DNA of 64,000 nucleotides from positions 1,248,001-1,312,000 of the forward strand of contig CBDCFN010000016.1 in assembly GCA_965216315.1 (NCBI GenBank). The letters are read 5' to 3'. Below the pieces are notes generated by a model. That model made no database searches and had not been told where the DNA came from. It saw only the letters and a program-made list of their open reading frames with translations. The stretch's first letter is position 1; each line of letters starts with the position of its first letter. Both the position numbers and the translations under genes were made by a program. This stretch comes from a bacterium (lineage in GTDB: Bacteria; UBA10199; 2-02-FULL-50-16; JAJFLM01). Positions 49,824-60,017 of this stretch are shown here, in pieces.

Positions 49824-52800
49824 ATGGGCAAAGGTAGAAAAGTTGAAGTCAGAACGACTGGTCGCGGAACGTATGGAACCAGCGGTTCGGGCAAGGCACC
49901 TGCCAAGAAGTATAAGGGCGGGTCGAAAATCAAGGTGGGTGGAACTGCTGGAAAAGTCTCAACCGAATCGACTGGTAATAAGAAAGACACGAGTTCCACA
50001 ACAGAGACAACGACGTCCAGAGAGACGGAAGTCAAGATTGAAGACGTCGATAATTATTCAGTCGCAACGGCCTCAACGACTGAGTACACAAACCCCCATA
50101 CGCCAACGGCTAAGAGAAAATCTACCAAGAAACCTGTTACTGTCTATGACAAAAAACCACCAGTAGAGAGTAAAGAGACGAAAAAAGATGAAACAAAAGA
50201 AGATAAGGGTGAAGTCAAAATTGCTGATGCGGTTATATCCGCAGGAGTAAAGGTTTACGATGCCCCGGATATCGCAGCATCCTATAAGAAAGGGAAAGAG
50301 GCCTTTGGTAATATTCCGATTCTTAGTCAGCTTGCCGGACTCGGCTATGGACTCGTTACCCTGGTTAAAAATTACGGCATGGTCGGTAATCGTATTCACA
50401 AAATAGAAGCGCCCAAAATTCCCGAATACAAAGGCGAAGTCAAAGACTGGATGAAGGAAAGCTTCTCCGCCGGTGATGTCATCATCGTTGAAGGTAAGTG
50501 GGCTGAAGTTATCAAAATCGATTCAGTAAAGCTCGAGTATCGCTTCGTCAATGAGACTCAGACACGTACCACTGACGTCACGGATGCCTTGATCCGGCAA
50601 AATGCGGCCGAATTGCCATTGGATGCAATCCGGCCGACAGTAAACGGACTCTCCGGACCACGTCTTGATAAATCGATGCACCGCATCGATCAATACATCA
50701 CAGTCGCGGTCGTCGACGGGAAATATTACTGCGTCGACGGTCATCATCGCCTGCTCTATATGTCAGCCGCCAAGATGCCCAAGGTACGTGTTCGTTACGT
50801 CCATATGACCAAGGCCGAATTAAAGAAGCGCTTAAAGAAGGGCCATGGCACGCGCTACGAAGTTCCTGAAAACCTCGGTGGACTCAAGGTTGATCCGAGT
50901 CGAACCGATGTACCGACCCGAGTGGAGAGAACACGATCCGAACCCACCCCAGATACACGATCCGTTGAAGGCCACGCCGATTATCATGGCGTGGAGAAAA
51001 CACGCAATGAGCGCGAACTCAATAGCTTTGTCGAATATTATACCGGCAATGAAATGAAAAGCCTGACGGATCTTGCTAAGAGTTCTAATCCGGTCATTAG
51101 CAAGGCCGCCACCCAGTTCAGAGGCCGTGTCCTCTTAATCCAACAATGGGTTCGTGCCTACCGGAAACTCGAAGGTATGAATCCCTCGGACCGTCACAAG
51201 GCCGAGCAGGCCCTTATCACGGAAATAAGAAATAGTATGAGCGTACTGGAGAAAGTCGATCCTGTTTTTTGTCAAAATCTATCCATCGCGCTCAAGTTAG
51301 ATCATCAAGTGAGTGCGACTGGTTCTCATCAAAAGGGGGAGCGTGAGCTAATAGATAATTTCTATACCACGATGAATGGAGTCGTTAAAAACGAGCTCAA
51401 AAACTCGCCCTATAATATGATGGAACAACGCTACGGCGAAGTGATGTCGGCGGAGAAGACCCGCCTGAATTCCGTGCGACAGATCCTGAATGTCTTGGTG
51501 TTACATTCGGGCAGTTCGATTCATTACAAAGACCGCGAGGGCAACTTTACGGACATGGCGCCGTATATGAAGAGAAAGAGCGAGGCGGATGCCTCCACAG
51601 CCCAGGTTAATTCCAGTTCCAATAGTACAGGGGTGAAAACAAAAGTGGACCCTGATGCGACCCATGTCGAGCCGTCACGTCAACAGGGAACGCCCTCAGG
51701 TCCCGTCGTGATTGATTACAACCTTGTCCCGCGTGGCAAGGTTTACGGTCTTGATATAACGACTCCGCAGACGGTGTTGGGGTGGACGCGGGTCCAGGTT
51801 GCCGTGCGCAATGAACTGAGCCTCGGCCAACAACTGGAGCTCTATCGTTATCTCTCCGTCGAGGCAGGGTGGAAGAGCGATCAGCTCTCCAAGATGTTCG
51901 GTGCAAAGTGGATGCAGATGCATACAGCAAAGTCATCCGGTTCAAAAGATTCAACGACGAATCCAGTCACATCGACCAAGGCAGATAAGGAATTGGTCGA
52001 TAAGTTCATCGACAGCACCCATCAACCCTACTATCTTGACGTTGTTGATCGTTACTTTACTCCCGACAAAGAACCGGTGACTAAGTTAGCAAGCGAAATG
52101 GGGATACCTAAATTCGCGTTGATCTTGAAATCTACGACTAATAATCCCGCAGCCCGTGAGAACTTTGATGTGCTGCTCCAAAAAGCGACAAGTACTAAGG
52201 CCGAGGCGGCTCATGTAAGAGATTTCCTCAAAACGGCCTCTGTAGACCAGATTTTACTCCTTGTAACCAATACTTCACGTACCGCTGGACGAAGTGGCGT
52301 TGTTTCCTATCTCAGTAATCATGGTTATCTCGACATCTTGAGCGGCGATCCAGCCTCACATGTGTCACGCATTGAAGGGATTAAAGATGTGCCGACACGC
52401 GATCTCTTATTGGCACTTTGCGCCCATCGTGAGTTTCAGCTTCGCAAGGATCATCCCTATAGACAGAACGCCGAAGGCCTCGATCTGTTGCATCGCTTTG
52501 GTATCGATCCCCATGAACATGCGACTTTTCCTTGGAACAGTAAGGATACGATGAATCGTGCCTCCCTTTATTTCCGCGTCAAGGCAGAGAAACGTAACAT
52601 CAATACCATTTTTGCCAAGGCGGCACCGGGCAAAGAAGGCGCCGCCAAGGCACTTGTCGACAAGATGTGGAATCTGATCATGACCCAGGATGTTAAGGAT
52701 ACAAAACTGCCTTTTACGCCGCACGGCTGGCAGCACACCCTCGACGTCGTCAAGCTCCAGCGTGACATCTACAATAGCTCACCGGCCTTGAGAGATGCGC

Positions 52801-53663
52801 TCATCAAGCAATTCGGCTCGGAGGCCAAGGCACTTGCTGTCATGGACGCCGTCGCACTGATGCATGACGTCGGCTACGGTATGCTCAAACCCGGTGAATC
52901 GAAAGGGAAGCACGCCATCCACAGCGGTGAGGCCTTCAAGAGCCAGCTAGCGAAAGATTTCAAAGAGCTCTACGACCTGACAGATAAACAGGTTGAGGAC
53001 ATATTCCTGGCGATCCAGCGCCATGGCGCCGACAAATATGGGAAGCCAGGCTATATGGCGGCCAGTGTCCAAAATAATCCACTCCTCATGATTATTCGTT
53101 TAGCTGATAATCTTGATTCCAGTATCAAAAGACTCCGTTCAGCACAGACGCATCCGCTCTTTCTTGAGGCAATCAAGACAATGTACGCACTTAAGGCGAA
53201 TGGCCAATTTACGAGTGGAGATAAGGCGACTCAGAAGAGCATGTTAGACAAAATCCGCAGAGATTATGCCTTGAAATTCGGTAGTGAGATGGCGCCCAAT
53301 GACGCGAAGTTAGCCAACGAGCTGCTGCGGGAAATGAATCAAGAGAGTTGGCCTCATTTTAAAGGCGCGGAGAGAGTCACTGATGTCAAATTGTCCGTAG
53401 AAAATGGCCAACTCGTCGTGGAATTCCGCATCTTAGGGAGCCATAAAGAAGGAACCGTAACGGAAAAAGACAATTTGCAAGTGGAAGGATCCCAATATCA
53501 ACTCTGGCGTGCCTACGAATCAGCTAAATCGCTCGACTATAACGGCAAACCCATCATCTTTCGCTACAAGGAGATGTCGGAAGCGGATCACCATAATCTC
53601 GAGCCGGCGGCCGTCATTGGTGACAATAAGGTATATCATCCGGACAAGAAGCAGGCTAATTAA
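49824..53663 (+). CDS. Modular orphan protein: shared leader + ParB/Srx-like domain + WKS module + HD domain
   Basis: YYCVDGHHRL; HGWQHT...LMHDVGY...HAIHS...RHG...RLADNLD. Confidence 0.8.
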   Translation: MGKGRKVEVRTTGRGTYGTSGSGKAPAKKYKGGSKIKVGGTAGKVSTESTGNKKDTSSTTETTTSRETEVKIEDVDNYSVATASTTEYTNPHTPTAKRKSTKKPVTVYDKKPPVESKETKKDETKEDKGEVKIADAVISAGVKVYDAPDIAASYKKGKEAFGNIPILSQLAGLGYGLVTLVKNYGMVGNRIHKIEAPKIPEYKGEVKDWMKESFSAGDVIIVEGKWAEVIKIDSVKLEYRFVNETQTRTTDVTDALIRQNAAELPLDAIRPTVNGLSGPRLDKSMHRIDQYITVAVVDGKYYCVDGHHRLLYMSAAKMPKVRVRYVHMTKAELKKRLKKGHGTRYEVPENLGGLKVDPSRTDVPTRVERTRSEPTPDTRSVEGHADYHGVEKTRNERELNSFVEYYTGNEMKSLTDLAKSSNPVISKAATQFRGRVLLIQQWVRAYRKLEGMNPSDRHKAEQALITEIRNSMSVLEKVDPVFCQNLSIALKLDHQVSATGSHQKGERELIDNFYTTMNGVVKNELKNSPYNMMEQRYGEVMSAEKTRLNSVRQILNVLVLHSGSSIHYKDREGNFTDMAPYMKRKSEADASTAQVNSSSNSTGVKTKVDPDATHVEPSRQQGTPSGPVVIDYNLVPRGKVYGLDITTPQTVLGWTRVQVAVRNELSLGQQLELYRYLSVEAGWKSDQLSKMFGAKWMQMHTAKSSGSKDSTTNPVTSTKADKELVDKFIDSTHQPYYLDVVDRYFTPDKEPVTKLASEMGIPKFALILKSTTNNPAARENFDVLLQKATSTKAEAAHVRDFLKTASVDQILLLVTNTSRTAGRSGVVSYLSNHGYLDILSGDPASHVSRIEGIKDVPTRDLLLALCAHREFQLRKDHPYRQNAEGLDLLHRFGIDPHEHATFPWNSKDTMNRASLYFRVKAEKRNINTIFAKAAPGKEGAAKALVDKMWNLIMTQDVKDTKLPFTPHGWQHTLDVVKLQRDIYNSSPALRDALIKQFGSEAKALAVMDAVALMHDVGYGMLKPGESKGKHAIHSGEAFKSQLAKDFKELYDLTDKQVEDIFLAIQRHGADKYGKPGYMAASVQNNPLLMIIRLADNLDSSIKRLRSAQTHPLFLEAIKTMYALKANGQFTSGDKATQKSMLDKIRRDYALKFGSEMAPNDAKLANELLREMNQESWPHFKGAERVTDVKLSVENGQLVVEFRILGSHKEGTVTEKDNLQVEGSQYQLWRAYESAKSLDYNGKPIIFRYKEMSEADHHNLEPAAVIGDNKVYHPDKKQAN

Positions 53664-55682
53664 ATGGGCAAGCACGTCAAGAGAACGAGGCGCACTGGTG
53701 GTGCCCATCAAACTACCACAACGAAAGCACCTGCGAAGAAGTTTAAGGGGGCAAGTGGAGGCGTTTCGAGTAGCTCATCCGTTGGGAAAACGACTAAGTC
53801 GATGCAGAGTTCAGCAGCACGCAAAAGTGAAGACAAGATTGTTGAGCACAAGATCGATGATATCGACGTCTACACGGTAGCTACCCGCCCAGATGAGTCG
53901 GTTTCGAAATCCAGTTCAATTAGGACAGAGAAAAAATCAGTCCAAAAAGGAGTGACTGTCTATCAAAAAAAGGCTCCAGCTCAAATTAATAGCCCAGGCA
54001 ACAACATTAAAAGATCGATGAAGAAAGTTAGAGAGCTTGTCGCCTCTATCCTGGGGTTTTCCATCTTCTTTACCCCCGATGTATCCGAAGCGACAGTACG
54101 TGGAAGTGAAATAGCCTCTCAGACACCTATGATCGGTTATCTTTTCGGGGTGATCTTGGCGACGGCCACGATGTTGTATAAACCACGAACAACAAATCAA
54201 CCAAAGCGTCAACCCAAAGACTTTGTCGTCATAGACATCAGCAACATCACTGAAAAGGCGCAGGCAAAAACAAAATTGAATGAGGGATTAATCGGTAGAA
54301 AAAATATCCGGCTTGTCGAGAACTCTATTGAGACTCAGGCGAAGGATCGCTTCATGGCAGTTCTAAAGGCCGTCATGACACATAATTACAAAGGGGATAT
54401 TGAGGTCATTGATTCAGCCGGCAAGCTGCTGTGGAAAAAAAATGGAAATACGATTAGCGGACAGCTGACCGGTCGTTGGTTGAAGGAATATTATCTGAAT
54501 AACTCAGGTTTCAAGGCCGGCAATCGCTTCTTTAGCGTGCGCAACGATCTTGCCGCCATGAAGACGAGCCGCAAAATTGAGTTTGAGGAGGCCCCTAATC
54601 TGCTGAGTGAGATCGCTGTCATGGATCTCGCCACGGCAACGACCCCCCGCGGGAGCAAGAATCCCGTAATTCCGACTCAGAACTTGGTTAATTGGATCAC
54701 TCAAGGAACAGGACTCGCTAGGACGACACATGGCAATGCACGAAGACGCAAATACCAGAATGTAATGAAAGAACACGGTCCCTACGCAGAGGGCTTTAAG
54801 GTCGATGGGAGTGATCATTGGACCAAAGCCTTCCAGGCCATGCAGACATGGCTCAATCGCGATAGTGCGAATATTAAGAAACTGAAACAGACGTTTGAGT
54901 ATCTACAGCGTGACTCAGTCGGATCGTTGAGCTATGAACATAATGCCTTTCATCTCGCCAAATTGTTCGCGGATGGCAATACAAAGGATATCGATGCCGG
55001 CTTGAATCGTCTCAATCAATTTTATGCCAAGACGAACGGCCAATTTCAAATCAGCGGTGCGACCTTTAATGTTTTCTTCGAGAGTAAGGAGGGCTCAGCG
55101 GCCGAGCGACGTAGCCTCGATTCGATTCGGCTTGCGGCCCAGGACTATATAGCGGAGGGCTATCATTTTAAGATTGAAGTGATTCCGACATCAAAGAATT
55201 TTTCGGCACCAACGCCTGACTATCGCGTTGAAGCCTCGAAAAACGGAACCAGGCAGACTTTCATCATTGAGGTGAAGAGTTTTGCCAATCTGCTGGGATC
55301 AGGTGAAAAAGCCGCTGATTATCTAACATTCCTGCGCAGTGGCTACAATGTCGGAAAGATTAAAAACGGGGCACCGCCCATCGCTCAGCAGATCGGGCAT
55401 GGTCTCCATCAACTCCATGATTATAGCGGGAAAAATTCAAATGACATGCGCATCTTAGAGATCCATGTCGGTAAGAAGCCCAATACTGAAGTCCTTGGAC
55501 ACCTTCAGACCTTCATTAATGAGAACCCTCACTCGATCATCAGAATCGTCTATCCGGAAACAAAAAAAGCTAATGGCATCATCAAGACAGTCCGTACCAG
55601 GATCAATCTCATTCCAGCGAAGAACTCTAAATACGATGATTACGGCAAAAAATCCGACCCGTTTGCCGCCTTGGATTACTAG
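53664..55682 (+). CDS. Modular orphan protein: shared leader + hydrophobic segment + C-terminal PD-(D/E)xK nuclease-like domain
   Basis: AAERRS...PTPDYRV...IIEVKS; starts immediately after the upstream stop. Confidence 0.72.
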   Translation: MGKHVKRTRRTGGAHQTTTTKAPAKKFKGASGGVSSSSSVGKTTKSMQSSAARKSEDKIVEHKIDDIDVYTVATRPDESVSKSSSIRTEKKSVQKGVTVYQKKAPAQINSPGNNIKRSMKKVRELVASILGFSIFFTPDVSEATVRGSEIASQTPMIGYLFGVILATATMLYKPRTTNQPKRQPKDFVVIDISNITEKAQAKTKLNEGLIGRKNIRLVENSIETQAKDRFMAVLKAVMTHNYKGDIEVIDSAGKLLWKKNGNTISGQLTGRWLKEYYLNNSGFKAGNRFFSVRNDLAAMKTSRKIEFEEAPNLLSEIAVMDLATATTPRGSKNPVIPTQNLVNWITQGTGLARTTHGNARRRKYQNVMKEHGPYAEGFKVDGSDHWTKAFQAMQTWLNRDSANIKKLKQTFEYLQRDSVGSLSYEHNAFHLAKLFADGNTKDIDAGLNRLNQFYAKTNGQFQISGATFNVFFESKEGSAAERRSLDSIRLAAQDYIAEGYHFKIEVIPTSKNFSAPTPDYRVEASKNGTRQTFIIEVKSFANLLGSGEKAADYLTFLRSGYNVGKIKNGAPPIAQQIGHGLHQLHDYSGKNSNDMRILEIHVGKKPNTEVLGHLQTFINENPHSIIRIVYPETKKANGIIKTVRTRINLIPAKNSKYDDYGKKSDPFAALDY

Positions 55683-55688
55683 AATAAC

Positions 55689-55783
55689 TGTATCGAAACG
55701 ATACATATTGGGGGCTCTTCGTGGTCAGAATATCTTATAACTAGTTGTAATTATTAGATTTAGATCGTGGCACAGGGCTTGCA
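55689..55783 (+). promoter_or_regulatory. Sigma54 promoter with palindromic enhancer, copy 3
   Basis: TGTATCGAAACGATACA (55689) and TGGCACAGGGCTTGCA (55768). Confidence 0.82.
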
Positions 55784-55798
55784 ATGTAGTTTACTGTC

Positions 55799-58700
55799 AT
55801 GGGAGAAACAGCCAAAGTTACAGGCTCTTCAGCTGCGGTCGATCAGCAACAAGGCGTTGACACTGAAAAGGGCTCGGATAGCGACAAGACGAATAAGTCT
55901 CAAGTTAAGATAAACGGTCCGGTTATCGATGCCTTTACGCAGGCCGGTACCACTGCGATGTCATTGGTCCATGGTGGTTTCATGCTGCCCTTTGCTGTCA
56001 GTCAGTACCATGGCAAGGTTTATCAAGGTCAAATAGCCGAAGCGGAGAAGGAAGAGAAGTCTATTGAAGATTATGCCAAGAAGGCAGAGGCCGCAACCGA
56101 TCCCAAGACTAAAAATGACCTCTATTCGCGTGTCCTCTATTTCGGACGGCGACGCCTGACCAAACCTTTTTCCAGCGATGATGCCAAACTGAAATGGCGA
56201 TTAAAAGTTGCCAACTGGGCGATAGAGAACCAGGACTACCATATAGCCTACGATCTCTTAGTAACGACACACGCCGGTGTTGCGGGATCGATGAGCGGAT
56301 CACCAATTCTTTATAATATCAAGGATCCTGCACATGAGCAGGCCGTCATCAAACTCTTTTCCATTACCACCGACCAATGGATTACTGCAGCCGATGCCAA
56401 GCATCAATTAGGAGACCTGGATGCGTCCGGTTCCATTATTCAAAAGGCCTTTAAGGTAAATGTCTGGAAGACGAAGCGCATCAAAGCTGGCGTAAACAAT
56501 GGTCGACTTGGTGTTTACTTTCAGTTTGGGAAAGAGGAACAGGATAACAGAGCTCTGTTGATGAAGAAAAAAGACGCATATAAACAATCAACGGATCAGA
56601 TTTTGGCAAAATATAATAAAATCGATCAGGAAAAATTGGTCGGCTTACTGATAGAATCGGGAGCCGCAATGCTGGGATTTCTCGACATTGGAAACGTAAT
56701 TAGTGGAAAAGCAATGTCTGATGTCAGTAAGAATGTCGATGGCATTAAAGAATTATTTAAAGATCACGGTTTAAATAAGGCGTTAGTCGAAGACATTAAG
56801 AAACGCGAAGCTGAATTGGCGACAATCAAGCCAACGACGGATGCGAATCGCAGAAGAATTGCCGCGCTCAGTAAGCAAATAGAGCACAATAGACAGGCTA
56901 TTGAGAAGATCAAAATCCTCGATCAACTCCGCAAAGAGATCAAGCATTTAGATATAGATGATATGATCGATAAGACGCAGGTAAAGATTGTCACATCAGC
57001 GCTTAACTCCTTACCCTTAGCTTATTTCGAGGGTAATGATGAGTATAATGCAATCATCAACTATGCGTATGCGGAAAAGCAGCAAGGGAAGGTAATCGAC
57101 TGGATCCTCAGTAAGCATCCTCAGGGTTTTCGCCAGGCCCTTCACTACAATATCGAAACCGATGACGTCTGTTATGACCGCAAATTAGGCAAAGAGCTTG
57201 ATTCATGTGTTGATTACTATGAGATGGATCCTAAGGATGCTCCCGATCTTCCATTTAGCAAGGTTTTTCGAAAGAGCAATGATGCCGATATCGTACGTCT
57301 TATGAAGTATATCGACAAGGTAAAAACCTATGATCTCATACCCGGCGGAAAGATTGGGATGCAGGGAAACTTTGATAATAGTCGTCATATTTATGTCCAC
57401 ACGATAAGTGATCTAAGAGCCCTAACAAAGTCTATTAATAAAACCTTTGGTGTCGATGAACTTCCCACAGGGATACAGAAAGGCATTCTGGAGGTTGAAA
57501 AGCTGGAAAATGACGAAAACAAGGAAGACGACAGCCATCAGCGCGTTCTCGCTCTGAATGAGAGCCTGGGGCGGATTGACGATTATGCTAAGCGCATGAA
57601 GGGGCTCGAGAATCTGTTGGCGACAACGAAAAACGCCGCGACGCCGAACGATATTCCTTCATCGGCTGATCTGCGGGCCTTTGTCGATGAGTCCTTAAAG
57701 GATACCGATGCCTTGATCAAAAGCCTCGAGGCAAGAAAGACCTACTTAGAAAATATCATCATCACTAAAGATAATCGTTGGCTCGGTCAGCCACCGGATG
57801 CGGAATGGAAGGCGATCAAGTGGCGCAAAAAAGAATTTAAAGAAGTTAAGGAAGATCTGCAGAAACTCTACTCGGCACGAACGGGACTCAAGACCTTTCA
57901 AGCTAATTACGTCCATGACAATAAACATATGAAGGTCAATGCCGATACGATCGAGACCTTTAAATTGATGCACTTTGACGGCATCCTGCTAGCCGAAGCC
58001 CGTCACGCCCGGCGTCTCATGGAAGGGGAATGCGTAATGGTTGACGGGATTCCTATCTTGAAGAAAAAAGGCGATCCCGCCGGAGCGCGCGATGTCAGCC
58101 CAATTCATAGTGAGATGACCTTGGATATGAATCCTTACGAATATTTTATTAACTCGAAACGTGACCTGACGGGTCAATCGAAGACACCGAAGCCGGTAAC
58201 GATTACTTCTGAGCACATTGCGGCCTATCATAAGCGCTTCAGTGAACTGCGGCAGCGCTTGAGTAAGGTCGCACTGGCCCGGAGCGTCGATGCCAAGATC
58301 ATCGTATTGAAGAAGCAGGCCGAGACTGTTAACGATAACGATTGGTTTTCATTGAAAACGGTTGAAAACTTCGGACGCTTTCTGGCCGATTCGACGTTTT
58401 GGGACGTCGACCCGAAGGCGTATGACGACAAAGACCCTTTCAATTTCATGGCGGCACGCTACATGCAGGTCCGAAACGAAATCAACCAGGCCCATAATAA
58501 TAACGATGCGGATAAGTTCTTCTCGGCCCAGGTCCATTTTCTCCAGTTGGAGCACGCCAGCGATCACAGTTTCCTTGATAAAGTCTTTAAAGAAGCGGAG
58601 TTCGCATACAATCTCAAAGTCGGTGTCACTGTTGTAACCCTCAGTGCCTTTACGGCGGGCATCGCGGATAAGTTGATGGCGCCGATGCTCGTCCGTCTCG

Positions 58701-60001
58701 CAATGACAGGACGCTACGGGATGGCCGCAGCGCGCATCGCTCAGCCCTTGATCTGGAACGGGACCTTTGTCGCCGGCAATCGCATCTATGGCGGAGCCTT
58801 TCAAGACGGCTGGAGCGGGGCCTGGAAGGGGGCCAAGAGCATCGTCCAAGATCCGCTCGGCTTCGGCATCGAGACGATCAAGATGGCCCTGATGATGAAA
58901 TTTATTGGCGGAACCGGCCGCGCCTCGCACAAACTGTTTAATAAGCTCGTCGGCAATAAGGCCCAAGCCTATTTACAAAAGATGAAGATCCCCATCGTCG
59001 AGAATGGCGTTGTTCGCATGCCGACCGGCTGGCAAATCGCGAAAGAAATGTTCGCCTACGGGACCGTGCGCATCGCGCGGCCCACCTGGATGTTTGGCGC
59101 CGAGGTTGGGGGCTTCCAGCTCTGGGAGGCCCTCGATAAGACCGGGCTCCAGCTCTGGCATACCGGCTCCATAGATCCCGTCGGCAATTTGCAGCACGCC
59201 TTCGAATGGAAGCAAATTAAGCACGGTGGCCAATTCATAATCGGGCTTCGTTTAGGTCACGTCCTCTCTCTACCGGTTACCAAGCCGATCAATAACGCGA
59301 CGGAAAAATGGATCTATAAAAAATTTGAAACGGAATTTGCGGAGTATAACAAGTTTACCGAAGAGACCATAGCCGCTATTCGTCGCTTTGATCCGGAGAA
59401 AGGCGATCACGAGGCCTTTGTAAAAGATATGCGCAGCCGCCTCAAAAAACATCGTAAGTTTCTCGACCGTTTCCCTAAGGATATCACTTATGTCAATGAA
59501 CATAAGTTCTTTAATGAGCAGTTGGGCAAGCAACTCGACTATTTTGAGACAACTTATAAGGCAACGGCTCCCATCTTTGCTAAGGGAAATTCCTATGGGG
59601 TCAGTGCGATGGTCGTCAGTGATAAATACAAGACGAAGATGGACTTAGAACTCGAAGTGGCCACCGGAATTAACTACACGTTCTCTAATCATCGTGGCCC
59701 TGAGCTCGTGACCGCCTTGCATGAGTCACCCTCCGTGAATTCCCTCCGTGTCTTCGATAACGGGGTCATTCAGGCAGAAATCACGCATCCGCTGACCCAA
59801 CAAACGCATTCCGTCGTGTTCATACCTAAAGGTGCCGTAAATGGGAGTCACGTGACCAAGATGCAGGCGACGGCTGCGAGCCCGAAACCGAAGCCCAAAC
59901 CCGATCTCAAGGTGATTCAAGGCGGCGGCGAGACGACCACGACACAGACGAAACCAACGCCAAAGACGACGACGGCACAGCCGAAAAAAATCGCCAAGTA
60001 A
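55799..60001 (+). CDS. Giant orphan helical carrier protein with hydrophobic region (paralog of 37745-43587)
   Basis: 1400 aa; coiled coils; shares three ordered similarity blocks with the 37745/40438 product. Confidence 0.75.
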   Translation: MGETAKVTGSSAAVDQQQGVDTEKGSDSDKTNKSQVKINGPVIDAFTQAGTTAMSLVHGGFMLPFAVSQYHGKVYQGQIAEAEKEEKSIEDYAKKAEAATDPKTKNDLYSRVLYFGRRRLTKPFSSDDAKLKWRLKVANWAIENQDYHIAYDLLVTTHAGVAGSMSGSPILYNIKDPAHEQAVIKLFSITTDQWITAADAKHQLGDLDASGSIIQKAFKVNVWKTKRIKAGVNNGRLGVYFQFGKEEQDNRALLMKKKDAYKQSTDQILAKYNKIDQEKLVGLLIESGAAMLGFLDIGNVISGKAMSDVSKNVDGIKELFKDHGLNKALVEDIKKREAELATIKPTTDANRRRIAALSKQIEHNRQAIEKIKILDQLRKEIKHLDIDDMIDKTQVKIVTSALNSLPLAYFEGNDEYNAIINYAYAEKQQGKVIDWILSKHPQGFRQALHYNIETDDVCYDRKLGKELDSCVDYYEMDPKDAPDLPFSKVFRKSNDADIVRLMKYIDKVKTYDLIPGGKIGMQGNFDNSRHIYVHTISDLRALTKSINKTFGVDELPTGIQKGILEVEKLENDENKEDDSHQRVLALNESLGRIDDYAKRMKGLENLLATTKNAATPNDIPSSADLRAFVDESLKDTDALIKSLEARKTYLENIIITKDNRWLGQPPDAEWKAIKWRKKEFKEVKEDLQKLYSARTGLKTFQANYVHDNKHMKVNADTIETFKLMHFDGILLAEARHARRLMEGECVMVDGIPILKKKGDPAGARDVSPIHSEMTLDMNPYEYFINSKRDLTGQSKTPKPVTITSEHIAAYHKRFSELRQRLSKVALARSVDAKIIVLKKQAETVNDNDWFSLKTVENFGRFLADSTFWDVDPKAYDDKDPFNFMAARYMQVRNEINQAHNNNDADKFFSAQVHFLQLEHASDHSFLDKVFKEAEFAYNLKVGVTVVTLSAFTAGIADKLMAPMLVRLAMTGRYGMAAARIAQPLIWNGTFVAGNRIYGGAFQDGWSGAWKGAKSIVQDPLGFGIETIKMALMMKFIGGTGRASHKLFNKLVGNKAQAYLQKMKIPIVENGVVRMPTGWQIAKEMFAYGTVRIARPTWMFGAEVGGFQLWEALDKTGLQLWHTGSIDPVGNLQHAFEWKQIKHGGQFIIGLRLGHVLSLPVTKPINNATEKWIYKKFETEFAEYNKFTEETIAAIRRFDPEKGDHEAFVKDMRSRLKKHRKFLDRFPKDITYVNEHKFFNEQLGKQLDYFETTYKATAPIFAKGNSYGVSAMVVSDKYKTKMDLELEVATGINYTFSNHRGPELVTALHESPSVNSLRVFDNGVIQAEITHPLTQQTHSVVFIPKGAVNGSHVTKMQATAASPKPKPKPDLKVIQGGGETTTTQTKPTPKTTTAQPKKIAK

Positions 60002-60017
60002 AAACGGATCAATCGAT

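Noticed and set aside
50600..50800. ParB domains as a chromosome or plasmid partition system
   Set aside because: No parA and no HTH/dimerisation region after the domain; they are embedded in large modular proteins.
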